From an uncultured Bacilli bacterium (lineage in GTDB: Bacteria; Bacillota_I; Bacilli_A; RF39; UBA660), in assembly GCA_944363735.1 (NCBI GenBank), contig CALVVB010000003.1, positions 1-63,012 of the forward strand: a stretch of 63,012 bases of DNA, read 5' to 3'. Of this stretch, positions 14,014 to 22,965 are shown piece after piece (the first letter of the stretch is position 1; every line of letters starts with the position of its first letter). The position numbers were made by a program, and so were the translations under genes. The notes under the pieces were generated by a model that made no database searches, was not told the origin of the DNA, and worked only from the letters and a program-made list of their open reading frames with translations.

Positions 14014-15021
14014 CTACTTACTATTCATCGCTTGTAAAGCTGTAATTGCCACAACACCTACTATATCATTAGCATTACATCCACGTGACAAATCATTAAC
14101 AGGTTTAGCAAGTCCTTGGGTAACAGGGCCATACGCTTTCGCTTTAGCAAGTCGTTCTGTAATCTTATAACCAATATTTCCTGCATCTAAGTCTGGGAAT
14201 ATCAATACATTAGTTTTACCAGCTACACTACTATTAGGAGCCTTACTCTTAGCAACCTCTGGAACAACAGCAGCATCAAATTGTAATTCTCCATCTAAAT
14301 TAATATCAGGGTATTCTTTCTTAGCCATCTCTACTGCTTTAATAACTTTATCAACATCACTACATTTAGAAGATCCAAAAGTAGAGTGAGAAAGGAAAGC
14401 TACATTAGGTTCTTCTTCTACTAATAATCTAAATGTATTAGCGCTCTCTTTTCCTATCTCAACTAACTCTTCACTACTAGGATTTTGAATCATCCCACAA
14501 TCAGAATAAACAAATACCCCATTAGAACCATATTCACAATTAGGAACAACCATTAAAAAGAAAGCAGAAGCAACTTTTGTATCTTTACTAGTCTTAATTA
14601 TCTGTAAAGCAGGTCTTAAAGTATCAGCACTACTATGACACGCTCCAGACACAACACCATCAGCATATCCATCTTTAACTAACATATTAGCAAAATAAAC
14701 ATAATCATTTAAAATAGTATTTCTTGCTTCATCTAAACTAATACCTTTATGTTTTCTAAGTTCATAATAATCATTAATTAACTTTTCACTATCACTAAAA
14801 GTCTCTGGATTAATAATAGTAACCCCATTAATATCAATATTATTATCTTTAGCAAGACTTTCTATTTCACTTTCCTTACCTACCAAAATAATATCAGCGA
14901 AAGCTTCTTTTTTAATAGTAGAAGCAGCCTCTAACACTCTAACATCATTAGATTCAGGTAAAACAATTTTCTTAAAATTATCTTTAACTCTTTCTTTTAT
15001 TTTATCAATAAATTCCATCAA
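14014..15021 (-). CDS. pta: phosphate acetyltransferase
   Basis: 335 aa, short-form Pta. Conserved blocks IVLPE, GMVSGA-like (GVVSGACHSS) and PVNDLSRG. Confidence 0.9.
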   Translation of the reverse strand: MMEFIDKIKERVKDNFKKIVLPESNDVRVLEAASTIKKEAFADIILVGKESEIESLAKDNNIDINGVTIINPETFSDSEKLINDYYELRKHKGISLDEARNTILNDYVYFANMLVKDGYADGVVSGACHSSADTLRPALQIIKTSKDTKVASAFFLMVVPNCEYGSNGVFVYSDCGMIQNPSSEELVEIGKESANTFRLLVEEEPNVAFLSHSTFGSSKCSDVDKVIKAVEMAKKEYPDINLDGELQFDAAVVPEVAKSKAPNSSVAGKTNVLIFPDLDAGNIGYKITERLAKAKAYGPVTQGLAKPVNDLSRGCNANDIVGVVAITALQAMNSK

Positions 15022-15172
15022 ATCATCTCCATTAACATTTTATCAAAGCAAAAGATTTAAGTCTATATCAAATACAATTTTATTACAAAAGAAAAATAAA
15101 GAGCCCTCCGTTTCCCATGGCTCCATTGCAAAAATGATTTAACATTTATTCTATATAATCTATATATCATAA

Positions 15173-15418
15173 TTATCTACGATGTTTATGTTGTTCCTCT
15201 TGTAAGGAATCATTATTTTGAATCATCATAGCATCATAAAAAGCTTTATTTACTGCTTCAACTTGTTCCATAGTTGCATATTCCTTACCATCCTTAGCCT
15301 TATAACTAATTCCCTTACCATAATCAGTCCTTGCATCAACTTTAGGTTCAAGTCCTTTTCCATAATCTGTTAAATTATCAATAATATAATCGTTACTTGT
15401 TTTTATTTTGTTATCCAT
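15173..15418 (-). CDS. small hypothetical protein with duplicated TDYGKG motif
   Basis: 81-aa ORF followed by a GC-rich hairpin near 15099-15127. No family recognised. Confidence 0.45.
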   Translation of the reverse strand: MDNKIKTSNDYIIDNLTDYGKGLEPKVDARTDYGKGISYKAKDGKEYATMEQVEAVNKAFYDAMMIQNNDSLQEEQHKHRR

Positions 15419-15442
15419 ACGTATGCATTCCTCCTTTTGCTA

Positions 15443-18013
15443 TTAAAATATCATACTATTATCTAAAAATAAATTATACTTTCTTTTTCTATAATAAATA
15501 ACAGTTCCTACAAACAAAACTAAGCCAATACAAGATATAACTAATCCTTCTTTAAATAAAGGAGAGACATAAACAATTCTAATATCATGATTACCTTCTT
15601 TTATTTTAAAACCAATAAAACTCTTATTAACAACTTCATAAGGAGTCTTTTCACCATCTACATATATTTCAAATCCTTCGTCATAAGGAATAGATAGTTT
15701 AAAGTAGCCATCTTCTTTTACATTAATGCTCCCCTCTATAACATCTCCCTTAGTCTTATCTCTATCAATAACAAAAGGAGATATTTCATCATTAATAGAC
15801 ACTAAATCGTTATAATTATAGATAGCAAAAGAAGGATCAGATAACTTAAATTTACCTTCACTAAAAGTAATCTCTAAATTTTCATTACCACTCAAAGAAT
15901 ATTCAAAATCATAATTATTATTATGATACTTCCAACTTCTACAAGTAAGTTTATTACTAACTCCATTAATGGTAATATAAGAATCATCTTCACTACATTT
16001 ATTATCATAAAGCATCTTAAATCTTAAAAGTAAAATATCACTCTCACTAACATTTTTTAATTTAATAACTAACTTATTATCTTTAGAAGCTTTAATGGAA
16101 TATTTATCATTATCTTCTTCTATATTTAAATTCTTACTTTCTAAAACCTCAAAATCAGGGACATAATCTTTAACTTTCTTAACATAACTATCACTATAAT
16201 CTCCATCAACAATAGCATAATTCAAATAAGCATCTAACTTCTCAAAATAAGATAAACTATTATACTCATCTAAACTCATTGTCTTATTAGTACTATATCC
16301 TATAGGTAAAACATCTTCATTTCTATAAATACCATCAGCAATTTTTTTATAGCCTAACATATTATTACTACTATTAAGTAAATACTTATTACCCATATAA
16401 AAGTTATAAAAGATATTATTATTACCTGTAAGCATTCCATAACTTCTATAAATAAATTCATTATTAATTAAGTTATTATAAAAATCTTTATAATAAGAAT
16501 TAGATAAAGAAGAGTAAATACTACCAGTATAATAGTCAATATCATAAATGTAATTAGACTTATCTAACTTAGTGCTTTGATCACTAATTCTATAAAAACT
16601 ATTATCATTACCTAATACTTGTTTTACTTTATCACTAGTCTCTTCATAATCTAAAGTATCATAAAATTCTTTAGTTACAAACTCATCATCAAAATTAGTA
16701 GGAATAACTAAAGCTAAAGACATAACTCCAAGATAAATATAAAAAAGTATTTTCTTTTTAAACTTAAAACCAATAAATAAAAAGATAACCAAAAGCGCCA
16801 TATCTAAAACAAACAATAAACACACATATTCATTCTTATAAACAAAGATAAGAAGATTAATAACTACAACTATTAAAGAGATAATAATACTAATTTTTAA
16901 CTTATTTTTATTATTAAAAATATTCTTAAGGAAATAACCAATTATGAGGATAGCAACAGGAAGCAATGGTATAAATGCCTTACCATTTAAGTACATTCCT
17001 CCATTAAATATATAACTAAAAAGAGGAAAGATTAAAAGAACACTAAAAATTATACTAATAATCTTAACTTCTCTTTTTTTAGTTACTACACCATATATTA
17101 AAGAGATTATAAAGATTGCACTTAATCCTAACGAATAAGCTGAATAAAGAGTATTAGAAATATCAAAATTAGGAATAAACAATTCAACTATTGAAATATC
17201 TTTATTAGTAGCAGTTCTTCCACCAAGTAAAGAAGATAGTGTTGGAAGTAACAAGAAACAACTAATCATTACAGGTATTATCATTATAAAGATAAACTTA
17301 AATCCTTCTTTAAAAAAATCTTTAACTGTAATTTTCTCATTTTTCTTATCTTCTATATATCTATAAATGGCATAAAGTAAAATACTAACTAATCCTACAA
17401 CACTAAAGTAATAACTAGTTAAAATCATTAAGAAAATAGATATAACTAACAATGATATTTTCCCCTTGTCAAAGTACTTATCTACACCAATTAAGGACAT
17501 AAGTAAAAATGGTATATAGTCTACAAACATAATATGACGATGGAAATGAAAAATCAAACATCCTGAAGTTAAAAATAGTAAGGTACTAACAAAAATTATC
17601 TTTGAATCAAATCTTCTTCTCAAAAAATAGTATAGTAAAACAATACTTATTATTAAACAAATAACCATACTAACCTGTATATAAGTAAGCATAGATACAA
17701 AAGGTAATAAATAAGAAATTAAAATAATAGGATTAAAAAGTCCATAATAAGAAATATTATAGATATTTTGTCCCCCTCCAAGGTTAAATGCAAAATTAGG
17801 AAAGATATCTCCTGTATCATAAAATAACTTTCTTAAATAATCAGGAAACATAATATGTTGACTAAGCCAATCTTTCTTAGAACCAAAAAAATTAGTAAAG
17901 TTAATGAGTATTAAAACAATAACTAAACTAATAGCAATTAAAGTTAAAACGTTTATAATATCACTTTTATGCTTTCTAAAACTTTTCATAAATAAGCTCC
18001 TAACTAAATACAA
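15443..18013 (-). CDS. YfhO-family polytopic membrane protein (glycosyl-transfer/cell-envelope associated)
   Basis: 856 aa. More than 12 TM helices in the N-terminal two thirds, a large extracytoplasmic C-terminal domain and a final TM. The true start may be the internal MKSFRK. Confidence 0.7.
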   Translation of the reverse strand: MYLVRSLFMKSFRKHKSDIINVLTLIAISLVIVLILINFTNFFGSKKDWLSQHIMFPDYLRKLFYDTGDIFPNFAFNLGGGQNIYNISYYGLFNPIILISYLLPFVSMLTYIQVSMVICLIISIVLLYYFLRRRFDSKIIFVSTLLFLTSGCLIFHFHRHIMFVDYIPFLLMSLIGVDKYFDKGKISLLVISIFLMILTSYYFSVVGLVSILLYAIYRYIEDKKNEKITVKDFFKEGFKFIFIMIIPVMISCFLLLPTLSSLLGGRTATNKDISIVELFIPNFDISNTLYSAYSLGLSAIFIISLIYGVVTKKREVKIISIIFSVLLIFPLFSYIFNGGMYLNGKAFIPLLPVAILIIGYFLKNIFNNKNKLKISIIISLIVVVINLLIFVYKNEYVCLLFVLDMALLVIFLFIGFKFKKKILFYIYLGVMSLALVIPTNFDDEFVTKEFYDTLDYEETSDKVKQVLGNDNSFYRISDQSTKLDKSNYIYDIDYYTGSIYSSLSNSYYKDFYNNLINNEFIYRSYGMLTGNNNIFYNFYMGNKYLLNSSNNMLGYKKIADGIYRNEDVLPIGYSTNKTMSLDEYNSLSYFEKLDAYLNYAIVDGDYSDSYVKKVKDYVPDFEVLESKNLNIEEDNDKYSIKASKDNKLVIKLKNVSESDILLLRFKMLYDNKCSEDDSYITINGVSNKLTCRSWKYHNNNYDFEYSLSGNENLEITFSEGKFKLSDPSFAIYNYNDLVSINDEISPFVIDRDKTKGDVIEGSINVKEDGYFKLSIPYDEGFEIYVDGEKTPYEVVNKSFIGFKIKEGNHDIRIVYVSPLFKEGLVISCIGLVLFVGTVIYYRKRKYNLFLDNSMIF

Positions 18014-19106
18014 TATTACTATTAATTGGTACTACTTGTATCATTGTATTACCATCACTAACAACTAACTCATTTCCACTCTTATAATAATAATGAGTTT
18101 TATCACTTCTTGAAGCTTTACTCCAAGTAATAGGAATAGCATATCCATTAGTAACATAGTATCCTTCCCCTGTACCTACAGTATCTAAATCTTGTCTACC
18201 ATAACTATCAAGAGTACTATTATTAACTTTCATAATAATTATATTTTTATAATGATACACTTCTCCACTATCTCTATCTGTATGTGGACTATTATTCATA
18301 TAACGCAAATAATATCTATTAGTAGCATCATAAGTATAACTTCTAACCTGACTATAAGAATAAGTCATACTAATGGTATTGGCAGTTAAAAGATCAATTG
18401 TATCATTAAAATCAATATCATCTGTAGTATAATTTAAAAGACTATAATTATCACTAGTTTTACTATAACCTTTACTAGAAGCAACAGTATATAAATCTTC
18501 TATACTAGTAAAAACATTATGAGGTGCTGCAATACCATTATTACGATAATACCCATTATCATAAAGACCATTAATATTATTAACACCTAAAGATCTAATA
18601 TCATTTTGGGCAAAAGTACTCCAGCCATAATGAGCATAAATGGCATCACTTTCAAGAGCATAATCTAAAAAATAATGCCTACTACTACGAACTGGCCCAA
18701 TAACACTTATATCTACATCTTTAAAAATAGCCATTATTCTAGTTAATCCACCTTCAACAATAATCTCATAAGTTAAATAAGCATCTTGTAATCCTACATG
18801 AGCATTATTACCAACATTATTATCTATCATAACAGCAATAGGACGCTTATTACTATTAACATCATAAACAGTTAAATCTTTTTTTTCTACAGTACTAGCC
18901 TCATCTATTTTTACCTTATCTTTTTTCTTAGATTCACTATCATTCATAGATAATAAAAAATAGAAAAGAAAAACAAATATTAAAAGTACTGCTACACTAA
19001 TAACACTAATTATAATTATTTTCTTTTTATTACTTTTAGGCTTAATTCTAGCTTCTCCTAAAGACTTTAGCTTTCTCACGACTACCACCCACCTAAATTT
19101 TACCAT
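18000..19106 (-). CDS. DUF3048 (YerB-like) secreted/membrane-anchored protein, paralogue 1
   Basis: 368 aa. N-terminal TM and conserved core RPIAVMIDN...GLTRIMA...GPVRSSRHYF. 14-nt overlap with the downstream YfhO gene. Confidence 0.8.
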   Translation of the reverse strand: MVKFRWVVVVRKLKSLGEARIKPKSNKKKIIIISVISVAVLLIFVFLFYFLLSMNDSESKKKDKVKIDEASTVEKKDLTVYDVNSNKRPIAVMIDNNVGNNAHVGLQDAYLTYEIIVEGGLTRIMAIFKDVDISVIGPVRSSRHYFLDYALESDAIYAHYGWSTFAQNDIRSLGVNNINGLYDNGYYRNNGIAAPHNVFTSIEDLYTVASSKGYSKTSDNYSLLNYTTDDIDFNDTIDLLTANTISMTYSYSQVRSYTYDATNRYYLRYMNNSPHTDRDSGEVYHYKNIIIMKVNNSTLDSYGRQDLDTVGTGEGYYVTNGYAIPITWSKASRSDKTHYYYKSGNELVVSDGNTMIQVVPINSNIVFS

Positions 19107-19247
19107 ATAATAAAGAATAATTAAACGTTTCCCTTAAAGTTTCCAATACTTGACAAAAAATATACTATTTACAAAGCATCGAAAAATATGATACATTATA
19201 AACATAATTAAAAAGCGGTGTTCCCCAACAAATAAGAAAGCGGGAAT

Positions 19248-19285
19248 AAAAAAAAGTGACTATCTATAATAATCCATAGATAGTC
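19248..19285 (-). terminator. Rho-independent terminator downstream of DUF3048 paralogue 2
   Basis: Perfect 10-bp stem GACTATCTAT/ATAGATAGTC (19258-19267 / 19276-19285), followed on the minus strand by a T8 run. Confidence 0.75.
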
Positions 19286-19300
19286 TTTTATTTTTATATT

Positions 19301-20353
19301 TTAACTTACTACTATATCTCTATCACTAGGCATTACTTGTATAAAAGTATTACCATCACTAACTTCAATCTCATCACCATTACTATAAGAATAATATGTC
19401 TTACCACTTCTAGAATCTTTCTCCCAAGTAATAGGCATCATATAACCATTAGTAATATAATATCCTTCCCCACTTCCTACTGTATCTAAATCTTGTCTAC
19501 CATAATCATCAAGAGTACTATTATCTACTTTCATAATAATTATATTTTTATAATGATATTGTTCTTTGCTATCTCTATCAGTATGAGGAATACCATTCAT
19601 ATAACGAAGGTAATAACCATTATCACTATCATAAGTATAACTTCTAACTTCACTATTAGAATAAGGAATCTCAATACTAGTTAAAGTTCTACCTTCTAAA
19701 CGACAATTCTCCCCATCACAGTTTAAAGAATTATCAGTCTTTTCTAAATTAACCTTTTTAGAAACAAAATTTAAGTTTTCATAATCATTAGATGTAGTAT
19801 CATAACCTAACTCTTCAGCTTTTAAATATAAATTATCAATACTAGTAAAAACATTATGCGGAGCAGCTATACTACTATCTCTATAAAAAGCATCATCATA
19901 AAGTCCATTAATATTATCAACAGAAAGAGCCTTTATATCATTCTCTGCATAAGTACTCCATCCATAATGAGCATATATTGCATCACTCTCTAATGCATAA
20001 TCTAAAAAATAATGTCTACTACTTCTAACTGGTCCAATTACACTAGTATCAACATCTTTATATACAGCCATTATTCTAGTTAATCCACCTTCAACAATAA
20101 TTTCATAAGTTAAATAAGCATCTTGTAATCCCACTTGTTCATCATTTTCCACATTATTATCAATCATAACAGCAATAGGACGTTTATTACTATTAACATC
20201 ATAAACCTTTAACTCTTCCTTTTTTTCTACTAAAGGCACATCATTACCAAGATAAATAAAATAATAGTAAGCCCCTCCTATCAAAGCTAATAGTAAAATA
20301 ATAAATACAGTAATTGTAATTTTCTTTTTTCTTTTCTTTTTCATGAGTTTCAC
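19301..20353 (-). CDS. DUF3048 (YerB-like) protein, paralogue 2
   Basis: 350 aa. Long near-identical blocks with 18000-19106 (e.g. GLQDAYLTYEIIVEGGLTRIMA, GPVRSSRHYFLDYALESDAIYAHYGWST). Confidence 0.8.
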   Translation of the reverse strand: MKLMKKKRKKKITITVFIILLLALIGGAYYYFIYLGNDVPLVEKKEELKVYDVNSNKRPIAVMIDNNVENDEQVGLQDAYLTYEIIVEGGLTRIMAVYKDVDTSVIGPVRSSRHYFLDYALESDAIYAHYGWSTYAENDIKALSVDNINGLYDDAFYRDSSIAAPHNVFTSIDNLYLKAEELGYDTTSNDYENLNFVSKKVNLEKTDNSLNCDGENCRLEGRTLTSIEIPYSNSEVRSYTYDSDNGYYLRYMNGIPHTDRDSKEQYHYKNIIIMKVDNSTLDDYGRQDLDTVGSGEGYYITNGYMMPITWEKDSRSGKTYYSYSNGDEIEVSDGNTFIQVMPSDRDIVVS

Positions 20354-20394
20354 CTCTACTTCAATTTTATCACAGTTTTATATTACTTAGTAGA

Positions 20395-20421
20395 ACAATT
20401 TATAATAAAAAACATAAAGTA
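20395..20421 (+). promoter_or_regulatory. candidate mother-cell (sigma-K-like) promoter of the split cwlJ-type gene
   Basis: AC (20395-96), 16 nt, then CATAAAGTA (20413-21) fits the AC-N16/17-CATAnnnTA pattern. Lies 15 nt upstream of RBS AGGTGA/ATG. It is a short motif in AT-rich DNA. Confidence 0.3.
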
Positions 20422-20435
20422 TATTAGGTGATTAT

Positions 20436-20654
20436 ATGTCTCAATTAGTTCAATATACAAGTAAAGAATTAGATTTACTAGCAAGATTAATGCGAGCAGA
20501 AGCAGTAGGTGAAGGAGATTATGGTATGCTTATGGTAGGTAATGTGGGTGTTAATAGAGTCCTTGCTAACTGTTATACATTTAGAAATATAAATACAATT
20601 GCCAAAATGGTATTTCAAAATCCAGGAGGGCTTTGTGAGTTAGTACCAACATAA
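20436..20654 (+). pseudogene. cwlJ: 5' part of a cwlJ-type spore cortex-lytic enzyme gene, interrupted by the prophage
   Basis: The first 65 codons match the CwlJ/SleB hydrolase N-terminus (ELDLLARLMRAEAVGEGDYGMLMVGNVGVNRV...MVFQNPGG). They are followed by 7 phage-derived codons (LCELVPT) and a stop. Confidence 0.85.
20604..20650. other. attL (B-O-P') of the serine-recombinase prophage
   Basis: Core CCAGGAGG at 20622-20629. Phage arm CTTTGTGAGTTAGTACC at 20631-20647 is the exact reverse complement of 50905-50921. Confidence 0.75.
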
Positions 20655-20809
20655 AAACTAGGCTGTTAACCTAGTTACTTTTTTAGGGGGTGAGCCGTAT
20701 TTCTACGACTCAGCTAATGACCTATATATAAATATAGGATGAAACACTTGCTACACTAGGTAGCTTTATGTGACTTTAATCATTTGCTTGTTGAACAAAT
20801 TCATAAAGC
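20651..20809 (-). ncRNA. candidate prophage-encoded small RNA 1 (ORF-less promoter-terminator unit)
   Basis: Minus-strand TTGATA (20839-44), 17 nt, TATAAT (20816-21). About 155 nt with no ORF longer than 15 codons and several hairpins. Ends at the terminator at 20656-76. Contains an unpaired-looking C-rich CACCCCC. Confidence 0.35.
20656..20676. terminator. bidirectional hairpin terminator at the attL-proximal phage end
   Basis: Stem AACTAGG/CCTAGTT with a 7-nt loop. T-run on the + strand (ACTTTTTT) and on the - strand (TTTTTAT). Confidence 0.6.
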
Positions 20810-20850
20810 AACTAAATTATATAATAATCTAACATTTTTATCAAGCATTA

Positions 20851-20929
20851 AAAAAGACCTAGAGGTTATTATTCCTCTAGGGTTTATTAATTATATAATA
20901 AATTATGTGAACTCAGATGTTGTTCTTTT
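20851..20929 (-). ncRNA. candidate prophage-encoded small RNA 2 (ORF-less promoter-terminator unit)
   Basis: Minus-strand TTGACA (20958-63), 16 nt, TAGAAT (20936-41). About 75 nt without an ATG. Ends at the 8-bp hairpin CCTAGAGG/CCTCTAGG (20858-81) plus TCTTTTTT. Confidence 0.3.
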
Positions 20930-21026
20930 GAAAATATTCTAGTATTTTTTTGTCATATGTCAAGTACCTCCTCGTATTTTATACTATTACTGGAGACACA
21001 AATATTTTGTCATATTTTATGACATT

Positions 21027-21058
21027 AAAAAACAGGTAGAGCCAATTAAGACTCTACC
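21027..21058 (-). terminator. Rho-independent terminator of the lysis/late operon
   Basis: Stem GGTAGAG/CTCTACC (21035-41 / 21052-58), followed on the minus strand by TGTTTTTT. Lies directly after the endolysin stop. Confidence 0.7.
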
Positions 21059-21064
21059 TTTTAA

Positions 21065-22057
21065 TTATTTAACTCTTAACTTTTGTCCTGGATAAATTAA
21101 ATTAGGGTTTGCTATGTTATTCCATGATACTAATTGCTTAACTGTTGTACCATATTTATTTGCTATCTTAGTAAGATTATCTCCACTTACTACCGTATAA
21201 TAAACAGTACTAGATCCTTGATTACTACTGCCAGGTATCTTTATCTGTTGTCCTGGATAAATTTTATTAGGATCTGCTATATTATTATATTCTGCCAATC
21301 TTTGATAAGTAGTTCCATATTTACTAGCAATACCACTTAAAGTATCTCCACTTACTACAGTATAAACTATTTCAGAACTGATATTTGTTGTAGTATCTGG
21401 TTGGCTATTATTAGACGAATTACTGCCTTTATTATAGCCATTTAAACCTGCATTTTTTATAATGTTTGGAAAATCTTCGTATGCATAATCTTGATCACAA
21501 ACAACACCAGCTACTTTGTTTGTTCTAACATAGTTAGTTTCACCACCAAATTGCCACATCTGACAATTAGGTTTCTTATTTTCAGTAGTCCAATATGCTC
21601 TCCATTGAGAATATTTCGCCGCTATTTCCTGTCCTTTAATTTCGTTATTAAAACAAGATTGGTTCATATAAACACCAGCAAAATAGCCTGCATTTTCTAA
21701 TGTTTCACACCATGCTGTAATTAAATCTGTTAGTTCTTGTACTGATAAATTAATTAATATTCTATCTTCAACATCTATATAAATAGGGTACTCAAACTTT
21801 TTACCTTTTAAACAATGGTCAATCAATAATTGAGCTTCCTCTCTTGCTTGAGCAACATTAGCAGCTCTGCTCCATTGATAAACACCAACATCTAAACCTG
21901 CATTTTTTGCCTTAGTATAATTACTTTCAAAAGCAACATCTTTAGCATTTCCATACATACCTCTAATAATTGCAAATTTAACCCCTTCATTTTTAGCAGT
22001 TTCTAAATTCATATCTCTTTGCCATACTGAGATATCTATACCGAATGTTTTTGTCAT
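21065..22057 (-). CDS. endolysin: GH25 muramidase plus two LysM domains
   Basis: 330 aa. GH25 N-terminus (FGIDISVWQ...YIDVED). Two C-terminal LysM repeats ([19 protein letters not shown]...YPGQQIKIP; [19 protein letters not shown]...YPGQKLRV). Confidence 0.92.
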   Translation of the reverse strand: MTKTFGIDISVWQRDMNLETAKNEGVKFAIIRGMYGNAKDVAFESNYTKAKNAGLDVGVYQWSRAANVAQAREEAQLLIDHCLKGKKFEYPIYIDVEDRILINLSVQELTDLITAWCETLENAGYFAGVYMNQSCFNNEIKGQEIAAKYSQWRAYWTTENKKPNCQMWQFGGETNYVRTNKVAGVVCDQDYAYEDFPNIIKNAGLNGYNKGSNSSNNSQPDTTTNISSEIVYTVVSGDTLSGIASKYGTTYQRLAEYNNIADPNKIYPGQQIKIPGSSNQGSSTVYYTVVSGDNLTKIANKYGTTVKQLVSWNNIANPNLIYPGQKLRVK

Positions 22058-22073
22058 AACTATTCACTCTCCT

Positions 22074-22322
22074 TTATTTATTTTTAATATTAATTAAATC
22101 TGCAATTCCACCTGCACCCATAGTTGCAACAAGACACAACACAAGTGCTTGTAATAGGTTTGGCTCAACACCTGTGAAAAAGCATATTAAGGCACTAATA
22201 ATACCTATAATTACATTCTGAATAGGAATGTATTTATTAGGTACACTATCAATAAATATCTTTGTGATAGCACCTAAAATGTAAGCTACTACTGCTATAA
22301 TTACTACATAAGTTATTTCCAT
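22074..22322 (-). CDS. phage holin
   Basis: 82 aa with 2-3 TM helices and a charged C-terminus. Immediately upstream of the endolysin. Confidence 0.78.
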   Translation of the reverse strand: MEITYVVIIAVVAYILGAITKIFIDSVPNKYIPIQNVIIGIISALICFFTGVEPNLLQALVLCLVATMGAGGIADLINIKNK

Positions 22323-22340
22323 ACTATCTACTCTCCTTTC

Positions 22341-22949
22341 TTACTTTGAATTAATAAGATGCTCTTCTACATACCAAACTAATTGATTAATTGCATCTTT
22401 ATCTACTTTCATATTTTCTTTATTAAACCAATGAATAGCAATAAAGCCAATGATGTTACCTTCTTTGTTATGTATTGCTATGTCATAAAATGAACCTACA
22501 TCTATACTCTTCTTAAAATTGTAAGTGCTAGGCATAGATGTTTTAAGTTCTTCTAAGTCTTCACATATAAACTTACCATCTTCAGTAATTCTATGAATAA
22601 ACTGAGGCATACAGTTTATTGGTAAATTAATGCATCTCTGTTGAACTGGCTGATTACCAGCCTTAAAGACTTCGTAAGTGCATGAGAACTTATAAGCTGA
22701 CCTATAATCAGAATAATGTTCTCCATTATGGAACTCATAGACGTGGATTCTATCAGCATTAAGTATCTCTTTTACATACTCTAATTTATTTAATATCTCT
22801 AAATCCAATTTATTCTGTCTAGGTAGCATCTTACCTATATTCGTCTTTTTGAAATATTTATTTAGATATTGTTTACAAAATAATAGGCTTACTATAACTA
22901 GTGCTATAAATTGTCCTATTTCTTTCGCAGTTTCTATTATTTCATTCAT
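22341..22949 (-). CDS. hypothetical membrane-anchored phage protein (possible moron)
   Basis: 202 aa. One N-terminal TM (FIALVIVSLLFC) and a ~160-aa soluble domain. Located between the tail-fibre cassettes and the holin. Confidence 0.55.
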   Translation of the reverse strand: MNEIIETAKEIGQFIALVIVSLLFCKQYLNKYFKKTNIGKMLPRQNKLDLEILNKLEYVKEILNADRIHVYEFHNGEHYSDYRSAYKFSCTYEVFKAGNQPVQQRCINLPINCMPQFIHRITEDGKFICEDLEELKTSMPSTYNFKKSIDVGSFYDIAIHNKEGNIIGFIAIHWFNKENMKVDKDAINQLVWYVEEHLINSK

Positions 22950-22965
22950 TGTTCCTCCTTTATTT

